A stretch of 64,000 nt of DNA from an uncultured Rhodospirillaceae bacterium (lineage in GTDB: Bacteria; Pseudomonadota; Alphaproteobacteria; UBA6615). Within the stretch, counting starts at the first letter, position 1. Each line of letters begins with the position of its first letter. Shown piece after piece: positions 18,658 to 26,368 of the stretch. The translations under genes were made by a program, and so were the position numbers. The notes under the pieces were generated by a model. The model was not told the origin of the DNA. It saw only the letters and a program-made list of their open reading frames with translations, and did not search any database. The stretch is taken from positions 847 through 64,846 of the forward strand of contig CAZHBA010000049.1 of NCBI GenBank assembly GCA_964530225.1, read 5' to 3'.

Positions 18658-19656
18658 ATGAGCCTGCCTGCGACAATGACCGCTATCGAGATTACAGAGT
18701 TCGGCGGGCCGGAAGTTCTGCGGCCGGCCGAGCGCCCAGTTCCGGCGCCGGCGACCGGTGAAATTCTGATCGCCGTCGCTGCCGCCGGGGTCAATCGGCC
18801 CGATGTGGTGCAACGGCTGGGCCTCTATCCACCGCCGCCGGAGGCATCTGATCTTCCCGGGCTTGAGGTCGCCGGCACGGTCGCCGCCATTGGCGAGGGG
18901 GTGACCCAATGGATAGAAGGCGATGCCGTGTGTGCACTGATCGCTGGCGGGGGATACGCCGAATATGTGAGTGCTCCCGCGCCCCAGGCTCTACCCGTGC
19001 CGGTTGGTTTCGACATGATCCAGGCGGCGGGCATTCCGGAAACTTTTTTTACCGTATGGACCAACATATTCGACCGCGGTCATCTGACGGAAGGGGAATC
19101 GATCCTGATCCATGGCGGCTCGAGCGGCATTGGCACCACTGCCATACAGTTAGCGCGCGAGTTTGGCGCTAGGCCCTATGTCACAGTCGGTACGGCTGAA
19201 AAGGCTACTTTCTGCGAAGAACTCGGCGCGGCGAAAGCGATCAATTACCGTGAGCAAGACTTCGTCGAGGAGATCAAGGCGATCACCGACGGCGCCGGGG
19301 TCAATGTCATCCTCGACATGATCGGCGGCGAATATTTGCTGCGCAATATCCGCGTTTTGCGCCCCGACGGGCGCATCCTTCAGATTGCCTTGATGGGTGG
19401 GGCGAAGGGAGAACTCGACCTGGGCCGGGTGATGACCCGGCGGTTAATGGTGACCGGTTCCACTCTGCGCCCGCGCTCCGTGGAAATAAAGGGCGCAATC
19501 GCCGGTTCGCTTCGCGAGCATGTCTGGCCGCTGTTCGAAGCCGGTAAAATTGGCCCGGTAATCCATCAATCCTTTCCCCTGGCTGAGGCCGCAAAGGCCC
19601 ACGAGCTCATGGAAACAAGCGCCCATATCGGTAAAATCATATTAACTGTTGAATAG
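18658..19656 (+). CDS. qor: NAD(P)H:quinone oxidoreductase (MDR superfamily, zeta-crystallin/PIG3 type)
   Basis: 332 aa. GGSSGIGTTAIQLA nucleotide-binding motif. Zinc-free MDR pattern. Confidence 0.85.
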   Translation: MSLPATMTAIEITEFGGPEVLRPAERPVPAPATGEILIAVAAAGVNRPDVVQRLGLYPPPPEASDLPGLEVAGTVAAIGEGVTQWIEGDAVCALIAGGGYAEYVSAPAPQALPVPVGFDMIQAAGIPETFFTVWTNIFDRGHLTEGESILIHGGSSGIGTTAIQLAREFGARPYVTVGTAEKATFCEELGAAKAINYREQDFVEEIKAITDGAGVNVILDMIGGEYLLRNIRVLRPDGRILQIALMGGAKGELDLGRVMTRRLMVTGSTLRPRSVEIKGAIAGSLREHVWPLFEAGKIGPVIHQSFPLAEAAKAHELMETSAHIGKIILTVE

Positions 19657-19781
19657 TCGCACTTTGCTTTTTTCGGGCTTCGCGCTTATATAGGGGTTAA
19701 CTCTAATACCTTGAAATTTAACATGCACTTTAGCCGATGCGGGTTTCAGCATACCCGCCCGGGGTGTAACGAGGAGGTTCG

Positions 19782-20438
19782 ATGGCAGAACCATTGATGC
19801 CGAAAGGGACCGCCGTTTGGCTGGTCGAAAACACGGCCCTGACGTTCGATCAGATCGCCGAATTTTGCGGTATGCATAAGCTCGAAATTCAGGGGATCGC
19901 CGACGGCGAGGTCGGCATTGGCATGCTCGGCCTTGATCCGGTCGCCAATGGCCAGCTCGAGTGGGATGAGATCGAGCGATGCAGCAAGGATCCGTCATTG
20001 CGCTTGGGGATTAAGCCGACCGAAAACCCGGAGCCGGTGCGGCGCACCAAGGGCCCGCGCTATGTGCCGTTGTCAAAGCGCCAGGACAAGCCTGACGGAA
20101 TCGCTTATCTGCTTCGCTATTATCCAGAACTTAGCGATGCGCAGATTTCAAAACTGATCGGTACAACGAAGCCGACAATCAATGCGATCCGCGACCGCAC
20201 GCACTGGAATTCGTCGCAAATCCAACCGCGCGACCCGGTGACCATCGGTCTGTGCCGGCAAATGGATCTCGACGAAGCCATCGAGAAAGGCCGTAAAGCG
20301 GGCCGTAAACCGGCAGAAAATACATCTACACCGATTAGCGCTGATCTGATTCCCCAGGAGGAACCGGCGGTTCCCAGTCGAATTCCAGACTGGATGGCGG
20401 ATGTCCGTGTTGGTGGTTCAGGCAGTAATGACACATAA
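19782..20438 (+). CDS. DUF1013-family protein (TrcR-like putative cell-cycle transcriptional regulator)
   Basis: 218 aa. N-terminal AVWLVENTALTFDQIAEFCGMHKLEIQGIADGEV is characteristic of the alphaproteobacteria-restricted DUF1013. Confidence 0.6.
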   Translation: MAEPLMPKGTAVWLVENTALTFDQIAEFCGMHKLEIQGIADGEVGIGMLGLDPVANGQLEWDEIERCSKDPSLRLGIKPTENPEPVRRTKGPRYVPLSKRQDKPDGIAYLLRYYPELSDAQISKLIGTTKPTINAIRDRTHWNSSQIQPRDPVTIGLCRQMDLDEAIEKGRKAGRKPAENTSTPISADLIPQEEPAVPSRIPDWMADVRVGGSGSNDT

Positions 20439-20471
20439 AACATAATAAAAACAGATAGTTATGTAAAAATA

Positions 20472-20500
20472 GGTCCAAATTTTTTGGGCCTGTTTTTTTT
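20472..20500 (+). terminator. intrinsic terminator of the DUF1013 gene
   Basis: GGTCCAAA-TTT-TTTGGGCC hairpin followed by TGTTTTTTTT. Confidence 0.6.
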
Positions 20501-20699
20501 GTTAACTTTTGGCAAGATTTTGTTAACGAACTTGTCCGACATTAGGCGGTGATAGTTCTATTATGAACCTGTTAATGGGATTTCCCCTAGATCCTCTCTT
20601 GATGTCTCCCTGTTGACTCGCCACCCCGAAGGCCCCCCTTTCGGAGCGATTTTTCCTTGTATCATTAACAGCGTGAGTGCTGTTCAAGCCACGAAGCAG

Positions 20700-20773
20700 A
20701 TAGGCTATGGTCCGCCAATTGGACGCCAAAATGGGCGTTTGTGCATTGATCTCTTTTTGGCAGGACTGGCACC
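20700..20773 (+). promoter_or_regulatory. structured metY leader; candidate SAM-responsive (SAM-II/SAM-V-like) translational riboswitch
   Basis: Hairpin ACGCC-AAAAUG-GGCGU. Loop/5' arm GCCAAAA can alternatively pair with UUUUGGC, which immediately abuts the RBS GGCAGGA 8 nt before the metY ATG. This gives a pseudoknot-capable arrangement like SD-sequestering SAM-II/V aptamers. Not verified against a covariance model. Confidence 0.25.
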
Positions 20774-22078
20774 ATGGTCGAGGCAAAATTTCTGAAATTC
20801 GGTACGTTGAGCTTGCATGCTGGCCAGCAACCGGACCCGGTCACCGGGGCCCGGGCAGCGCCTATTTATCAGACCACGTCCTATGTGTTTCCCGATGTCG
20901 ATCACGCCGCCAGCTTGTTTAACCTCGAGCGCGTCGGCTACATCTATTCGCGCATTTCAAACCCAACTGTCGCCGTGTTCGAGGAACGCATGGCCGCCCT
21001 CGAAGGCGGGGTCGGCGCTATCGCTACCGCCAGCGGTCAGGCGGCTCTGACGCTCGCCGTTATTACGCTGATGGACACTGGCGGCCATATCGTCGCTTCG
21101 CGCAATATTTATGGCGGTAGCCATAATCTGTTTCTCCACACGCTACCCCGCTTCGGTATCACCACAACGCTAGTCGACCCGCGCCATCCGCAGGAATTTG
21201 CCGATGCCATTCGGCCCGAAACCCGGCTGCTGTTTGCCGAGACAATCGGTAATCCGGGACTGGAGATCCTCGATATTCCGGTGGTCTCGACCATTGCTCA
21301 TGATGCTGGCATTCCCTTGATGGTCGATTCGACCTTCTCGACACCCTATTTGATGCGGCCGTTCGAACACGACGCCGACCTGATCATGCATTCCGCCACC
21401 AAATGGATTGGTGGCCACGGCGTCGCCATCGGCGGCGTTTTGGTCGATGGCGGAACCTTCGATTGGGAAGGATCGGGCAAGTATCCCACGATGACCGAGC
21501 CTTATGCCGGCTATCATGGCCTCGATTTTGCCGAGGAGTTCGGCCCGGCCGCTTTTATCATGCGCGCGCGCGCCGAGGGGCTGCGCGACTTCGGCGCCTG
21601 CATGTCGCCGCAGAACGCGTTTTATCTGTTACAGGGGTTAGAGACCCTGCCGATGCGCATGGCGCGCCACGTCGAAAATGCACGAACCATCGCGAAATAT
21701 CTTGACGGAGCCAAGGAAGTCGCCTGGGTACGTTACCCTGAGCTCGACAGCCACCCCGATCAGGTGCTGGCCGCCAAACTGTTGCCCGACGGCGCTGGTT
21801 CGATTGTCACCTTCGGCGTTAACGCCGGTCTGGACGGCCCGCGCAAGTCCGGTGCCAAGTTCATCGAGGCCCTAGAATTGTTCTCACACCTGGCCAATGT
21901 GGGCGACGCCAAGTCGCTGGTTATTCATCCGGCCAGTACGACCCACCAGCAAATGGACGCCGTTGAACTGGTGGCGGCGGGTGTCGGCGAAGAAATGATC
22001 CGGCTGTCGGTCGGTCTGGAAGATCCGGAAGATCTAATCGGTGATTTGCACCAGGCGCTGCGTGCGTCGCAGAAATAG
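20774..22078 (+). CDS. metY: O-acetylhomoserine aminocarboxypropyltransferase (O-acetylhomoserine sulfhydrylase)
   Basis: 434 aa Cys/Met-metabolism PLP enzyme. N-terminal FGTLSLHAGQ, PLP-lysine region MHSATKWIGGHG, and MetY length. Confidence 0.9.
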   Translation: MVEAKFLKFGTLSLHAGQQPDPVTGARAAPIYQTTSYVFPDVDHAASLFNLERVGYIYSRISNPTVAVFEERMAALEGGVGAIATASGQAALTLAVITLMDTGGHIVASRNIYGGSHNLFLHTLPRFGITTTLVDPRHPQEFADAIRPETRLLFAETIGNPGLEILDIPVVSTIAHDAGIPLMVDSTFSTPYLMRPFEHDADLIMHSATKWIGGHGVAIGGVLVDGGTFDWEGSGKYPTMTEPYAGYHGLDFAEEFGPAAFIMRARAEGLRDFGACMSPQNAFYLLQGLETLPMRMARHVENARTIAKYLDGAKEVAWVRYPELDSHPDQVLAAKLLPDGAGSIVTFGVNAGLDGPRKSGAKFIEALELFSHLANVGDAKSLVIHPASTTHQQMDAVELVAAGVGEEMIRLSVGLEDPEDLIGDLHQALRASQK

Positions 22079-22089
22079 GAGCGCTGGTA

Positions 22090-22893
22090 ATGGACATACG
22101 GGTAAATGGCGCGACCGTTTTTGCCCACACCGGCGGCAAGCCCTTCGATCCAGCACAACCGGTCCTGATGTTAATCCACGGTGCGGGCACCGACCATACG
22201 TTTTGGGGCCTGCAGACGCGATTTTTTTCCCACCATGGGTATTCGGTTTTCGCCGTCGATTTGCCCGGCCATGGCCGTTCCGACGGGTCGGCGCTGGAAA
22301 CGATCGACGCCCTCGGCGACTGGGTGTGGCAGGTGCTCGACGCGGTTGGTGCTAAACAGGCGACGCTGGCAGGCCATTCCATGGGATCGATAATCGCGCT
22401 GGTAGCGGGGGCCAAGCGGCCGAAAGACACCAATGCGTTGGTTCTTGTTGGCACGGCGGAGAAGATCGCAGTGCACGAAGACCTATTAGCAGCGGGCGAA
22501 AGCAATGATCCCAGGGCGTTCGACATGATTACCGACTGGGGCTTCGGCAAACCCTCCCATCTGGGTGGCCATCAGGCGCCGGGGCTATGGATGCAGGGTA
22601 GCGGACTGGCTTTGCTACGCTCGGGCACACCAGGTGTCCTGGGGACCGATCTCGCCTGTTGCAACGCCTACGAAGGTGCAGTTGAGGCGGCGAAAAAGAT
22701 TACTTGTCCAGTGTTGTTACTACTCGGAGCTGGCGATCGTATGACGCCGCCGCGCATGACCAAGGCGCTGACCGAGGTATTGCCGGAAGTCGAAACCGAA
22801 ATTTTACCCGCGACCGGCCACATGATCATGGTCGAGCGGCCGAACGAAACCATCGATGCTATCGACAGTTTCTTGCAGCGGGTCGCCGTATGA
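22090..22893 (+). CDS. alpha/beta-fold hydrolase
   Basis: 267 aa. Nucleophile elbow GHSMGS, HGAGTD oxyanion region, C-terminal catalytic His (ATGHMIMVERP). At ~270 aa it is too short to be MetX. Confidence 0.8.
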   Translation: MDIRVNGATVFAHTGGKPFDPAQPVLMLIHGAGTDHTFWGLQTRFFSHHGYSVFAVDLPGHGRSDGSALETIDALGDWVWQVLDAVGAKQATLAGHSMGSIIALVAGAKRPKDTNALVLVGTAEKIAVHEDLLAAGESNDPRAFDMITDWGFGKPSHLGGHQAPGLWMQGSGLALLRSGTPGVLGTDLACCNAYEGAVEAAKKITCPVLLLLGAGDRMTPPRMTKALTEVLPEVETEILPATGHMIMVERPNETIDAIDSFLQRVAV

Positions 22894-23333
22894 GCCGGGC
22901 GGGGCGCGACGAGCGCCGGGAGAACTACCGGGAGTTCATGGAAATTTCGACCCGCTGGATGGACAACGACGTCTATGGTCACGTCAACAATGTCGTCTAC
23001 TATTCCTACTTCGACACCGCGGTGAACGGGTTTCTTATGCGCGAGGCCGGGCTGGACTACCGCTCATCGGACGCCGTTGGTGTGGTTGCCGAAACCGGCT
23101 GCAGCTTCCACGGCGAAATCGCCTTTCCAGATATCCTTGATATCGGCTTCCGGGTCAGTCGGCTTGGCAATTCGTCGGTGACCTACGAGATCGGTATTTT
23201 CCGCCAAGGAAGCGAAGCGCCGGCGGCGACCGGCTATTTTGTTCATGTCTATGTGTGTCACGGGAAAATGACGCCGGTGCCGATCCCTGATAAGGCGCGC
23301 GCGGCGCTGGAGAAGCTAGTGGTCGAAGCCTAG
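22890..23333 (+). CDS. hotdog-fold acyl-CoA thioesterase (4HBT/YbgC-like)
   Basis: ATG at 22890 overlaps the hydrolase stop (ATGA). MEISTRWMDNDVYGHVNNVVYYSYFD is the hotdog-thioesterase catalytic region. The ORF-track 209-aa entry begins upstream in hydrolase-overlapping sequence. Confidence 0.75.
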   Translation: MSRAGRDERRENYREFMEISTRWMDNDVYGHVNNVVYYSYFDTAVNGFLMREAGLDYRSSDAVGVVAETGCSFHGEIAFPDILDIGFRVSRLGNSSVTYEIGIFRQGSEAPAATGYFVHVYVCHGKMTPVPIPDKARAALEKLVVEA

Positions 23334-23414
23334 CGGCTCCCCCCTAACCTACCTCCCCCTTGAGGGGGGGGGTCGCGCTGTGATAGCGGCGCTGGAAAAA
23401 TTGATCCTTGAGAG

Positions 23415-24563
23415 CTAGCCGTTCCATAATCTCTTCGAAGCGATATTGGCGCCCTCGGTCAGGGCCTTGAATTTCTCGATGGCGATTTTGGCATCGACCG
23501 CACCCATGCCAGCGAAGGTAGCGAACCCGCAATCGGTGCCAGCGATAACCCGCTCGCGGCCGACGATATCGGCGTATTTACAAATGCGTTGAGCCACCAG
23601 TTCGGGGTGTTCGATATAGTTGGTCACGCTGTCGATGACGCCGGGGATCAGCACCTTGTCGTCGGGTAAGTCACGTTTGGCAAAAACGCTCCATTCGTGC
23701 TCGTGGCGCGGGTTCGAGGCCTCGATCAGAAGACCCATCGGTTTTGCCTTCATCACCTCGTCGAAGATCGCTGCTAGGGGGATATCGCAATGGTGCGGTC
23801 CCTCGTAGTTGCCCCAGCAGATGTGCATGCGCACCCGGTTGGCCGGGACGTTATCCAGCGCGCTGTTAAGGGCTTCGACCTGCATCGCCGCATGGGTGAG
23901 GAACTCGCCATCGCTTAATTCGCGGCACGCCGTGTGGCGGCCCATCGCCAGGTCGGGACAGTCGATCTGCAGGATAAAGCCGGCCTCGATGATGGCCTCG
24001 TATTCTTCTTTCATCACATTGGCCAGGGCCTGCAGATAGGCCTCGTCCGACGGGTAGTACTGATTGTCCTGAAAGACCGTGATCACCCCCGGCGAGGCGG
24101 CGTTCATGAACACGTCGCTGGCGCCGGCATCGGCCGTCACCGCCTTCAGGTTCTCGATGTCGCGCTCCAGCGGTGCGCGGTCGCGGACCGTCACCGCGCC
24201 AGTACAGCAGGGCCGGTTGAGCCGCCTTGTTCCTGCCGCCTTTGCCTGCTCGCGGCGGTATTCGGGAAAGTTTGTCATATCGTCAAAGCGAATCGATTCG
24301 CTTTCGCCAGAAAAACCGGCGAGGCGCTGCTGGATATAGGTGGCGTAACCGGTTTTCCCCATCTCGCCGTCGTTGATGATGTCGAGGCCCCACTCGCGCT
24401 GCTTAGCGACGATATTAGTGACCGCCCCGCGCACCGAGCGTTCGAATTCGTCCTGGTCGTAGGGCTCGCCAAACTCGACCTTGAGTAGCAGATCGGTGAG
24501 GTCCTCGGGCCGCGGCATGCTGCCCACATGGGTGGTCAATATCCGGTCGGTACTGGTCTGCAT
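23415..24563 (-). CDS. cobalamin-independent methionine synthase family protein (MetE C-terminal-domain-like, short form)
   Basis: 382 aa UROD/MetE-like barrel. HVGSMPRP start and Zn-ligand region HICWGNYEGPHH...C are typical of MetE catalytic-domain-only homologs. Confidence 0.8.
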   Translation of the reverse strand: MQTSTDRILTTHVGSMPRPEDLTDLLLKVEFGEPYDQDEFERSVRGAVTNIVAKQREWGLDIINDGEMGKTGYATYIQQRLAGFSGESESIRFDDMTNFPEYRREQAKAAGTRRLNRPCCTGAVTVRDRAPLERDIENLKAVTADAGASDVFMNAASPGVITVFQDNQYYPSDEAYLQALANVMKEEYEAIIEAGFILQIDCPDLAMGRHTACRELSDGEFLTHAAMQVEALNSALDNVPANRVRMHICWGNYEGPHHCDIPLAAIFDEVMKAKPMGLLIEASNPRHEHEWSVFAKRDLPDDKVLIPGVIDSVTNYIEHPELVAQRICKYADIVGRERVIAGTDCGFATFAGMGAVDAKIAIEKFKALTEGANIASKRLWNG

Positions 24564-24708
24564 TTCGTGCTCCCCCTTCGAATACCGCCAGATACTCTCC
24601 GATCCCTATCGCCTCATCTACCGGGTGATCGAAGATCAGGTAATCGTTTACCTCATCGCCGACGGAAGGCGGATTATGCAGAGTTTATTGGCTCGCCGGT
24701 TGTTTTAA
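24561..24708 (+). pseudogene. possible remnant of a RelE/ParE-family toxin gene (C-terminal ~45 codons)
   Basis: Frame-1 translation ...FEYRQILSDPYRLIYRVIEDQVIVYLIADGRRIMQSLLARRLF* matches the ParE/RelE C-terminal signature (GxYRiIYRvxddxvxIlrixHRR). Upstream codons overlap the MetE-like start region in antisense and show no toxin N-terminal similarity. Confidence 0.3.
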
Positions 24709-24741
24709 AACTCATATCCACTCCTCGGCACCTATGATAAA

Positions 24742-24766
24742 GGCCCGCCGGCGGAACCGGCGGGCC
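24742..24766 (-). terminator. hairpin terminator downstream of hsp20
   Basis: Perfect 10-bp GC stem GGCCCGCCGG/CCGGCGGGCC with a 5-nt loop. On the minus strand it is followed by UUUAUCAU. It separates hsp20 from the MetE-like leader. Confidence 0.45.
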
Positions 24767-24792
24767 TGATATACGTGAACTTTAGATTGAGG

Positions 24793-25245
24793 TTAGGCGG
24801 CTTTCTGCTCGACCGTTGTCTTTGAACCGCCGTTCGAAATGGCAATCCTGCGTGGTTTTAGGGCCTCGGGTACCTCGCGCTTGAGGTCGACGACCAGAAT
24901 ACCGTTTTCGACGCTGGCGTTGACTACGTTGACGTGTTCGGCCAGGGCGAATCGGCGCTCGAACGCACGTGCCGCGATACCGCGATGCAGGTAGGTCGCA
25001 CCCTCGCCGTTGGCCTTGGCATTACCCTTGATAAACAGCGCATTGTCTTTCTGGGTAATTTCCAGATCGTCGGTGCCGAAACCGGCGACCGCCATGGTCA
25101 CGCGATAGTCGTAATCGCTCAGCTTTTCGATGTTGTAGGGTGGATAAGACGGCACGTCGGTATTGAACGCATTATCGAATAACCGGTTCATACGGTCGAA
25201 ACCGACGGTCGAACGAAATAGGGGAGATAAGTCGTAGTTACGCAT
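24793..25245 (-). CDS. ibpA: Hsp20/alpha-crystallin family small heat-shock protein (IbpA-like)
   Basis: MRNYDLSPLFRSTVGFDRMNRLFD N-terminus and alpha-crystallin domain. Start set at the internal ATG (25245), which has a perfect AAGGAGGA RBS. The ORF-track version adds 28 spurious codons. Confidence 0.9.
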   Translation of the reverse strand: MRNYDLSPLFRSTVGFDRMNRLFDNAFNTDVPSYPPYNIEKLSDYDYRVTMAVAGFGTDDLEITQKDNALFIKGNAKANGEGATYLHRGIAARAFERRFALAEHVNVVNASVENGILVVDLKREVPEALKPRRIAISNGGSKTTVEQKAA

Positions 25246-25360
25246 TTCACTTGTCCTCCTTAGTGAAGCAACACAGTCGTCGGTGCGGAATTCACCACCA
25301 TGGCTGAAACCCACCGGATTAAGCGCCATTGAGACCCTTATTGGCGTCCCGGCACAATCA

Positions 25361-25394
25361 CTATTTGGGGATAGAGAGCTGATATTTCAAGGGG
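25361..25394 (-). promoter_or_regulatory. sigma32 (RpoH)-type heat-shock promoter for hsp20
   Basis: Minus strand reads CCCTTGAAA-N14-CCCCAAATAG about 105 nt upstream of the hsp20 ATG. Compare the sigma32 consensus CTTGAAA-N13-15-CCCCATNT. Confidence 0.5.
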
Positions 25395-25922
25395 TTATGG
25401 TTAACGTGGGGAGAACTTTAGGGGCCTTTCGAAGCCCTTGTGCGGAATGCTAATAAACCACTCGTGGAACACAGGAGTGTTCACTTGGCTGCAGGTAAGT
25501 AACGGTTTGGCTAATCTTCGATAAGGCGCAAGGAGGAGCGCTCGCGCTGACTGAAGAAACGCATGCTACCTCTCTAAAATTCAGGGAAATGTTATCGATT
25601 TAGCATCCCCGATTGAGGATTTGTGCTCGCGCTGAGTAGCGTTTCGGCTTACCACCCGCCTGATGCAGGTCGTGGCCTGGTTTCTTACCCAGCACGCGAT
25701 CTATGCCGGCGTATTGAGTGCTTCCGAGGTCGCCGATAGCCGCCAATACCGGTTGGGCACCACGACCGTATGCTGGGATGATAGCCACCACCGCCACCCG
25801 GCGATAGCGCCCACATTGACCGACACGCTTGACCTCAGCCTGAACCTGTACGTTCGAATCAAACGGCTGGATGAGCTGATGTACCGTAGCGTTCACTAAT
25901 CATATTTCCGGGGAAACGACAG

Positions 25923-25956
25923 CGGGCGCGCCATTGGGCACGCCCGTTTTGTGTTT
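25923..25956 (+). terminator. plus-strand-oriented intrinsic terminator (also inverted-orientation hairpin for rpmE)
   Basis: CGGGCG-N12-CGCCCG stem followed on the plus strand by TTTTGTGTTT. On the minus strand the same hairpin follows rpmE but with only a weak U-tract. Confidence 0.4.
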
Positions 25957-25974
25957 CTGCACTCCGAAACCGCG

Positions 25975-26199
25975 TTATTTCAGGCCGATATCCGCATACC
26001 GTTTGTTGAATTTGGCGACTTGGCCGCCGGTATCGACCAGCCTATGCTGCCCGGTCCATGCTGGATGGGTCTTCGGATCGATGTCGAGGCGCAGCGTGTC
26101 GCCGGCCTCACCCCACGTCGAGCGGGTGACAAAGGTCGTGCCATCCGTCATCTGGACGGTAATTTCATGGTAGTCGGGGTGAATTTCTTTTTTCATCAT
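25975..26199 (-). CDS. rpmE: 50S ribosomal protein L31
   Basis: [30 protein letters not shown]...HPAWTG...KFNKRY. Start at the ATG with a GAAAGG RBS. Confidence 0.9.
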   Translation of the reverse strand: MMKKEIHPDYHEITVQMTDGTTFVTRSTWGEAGDTLRLDIDPKTHPAWTGQHRLVDTGGQVAKFNKRYADIGLK

Positions 26200-26368
26200 A
26201 GTGCCTTTCAAGCGCGGCGTGGGTTATAACCAAGCTGAACCCGAGCCGCAAGCATTACTACCGCGTATTAGCCATATTTGGCAGTCCATTGTTGTGGCCG
26301 CCCGGCGCTGATAAAGGACTTCCCGGCTTAATGTCAGAGTTGCAACCAACAGGCCGGAATCCCCGGGA

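Noticed and set aside
19690-19740. Possible CtrA box (GTTAAC ... TTTAAC) upstream of the DUF1013/TrcR-like gene
   Set aside because: The two TTAA elements are 27 nt apart rather than the N7 spacing of the TTAA-N7-TTAAC consensus. Only a half-site-like TTAACAT remains, which is not supportable.
25246-25350. ROSE-type RNA thermometer in the hsp20 leader
   Set aside because: The RBS sits in a hairpin loop rather than paired to a UYGCU-type anti-SD with a bulged G. It is reported only as a possibility under the promoter finding.
25850-25865. GTTCGAATC T-loop-like string, suggesting a tRNA
   Set aside because: No acceptor/D/anticodon stems can be formed around it and there is no CC after the loop. 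Not a tRNA.
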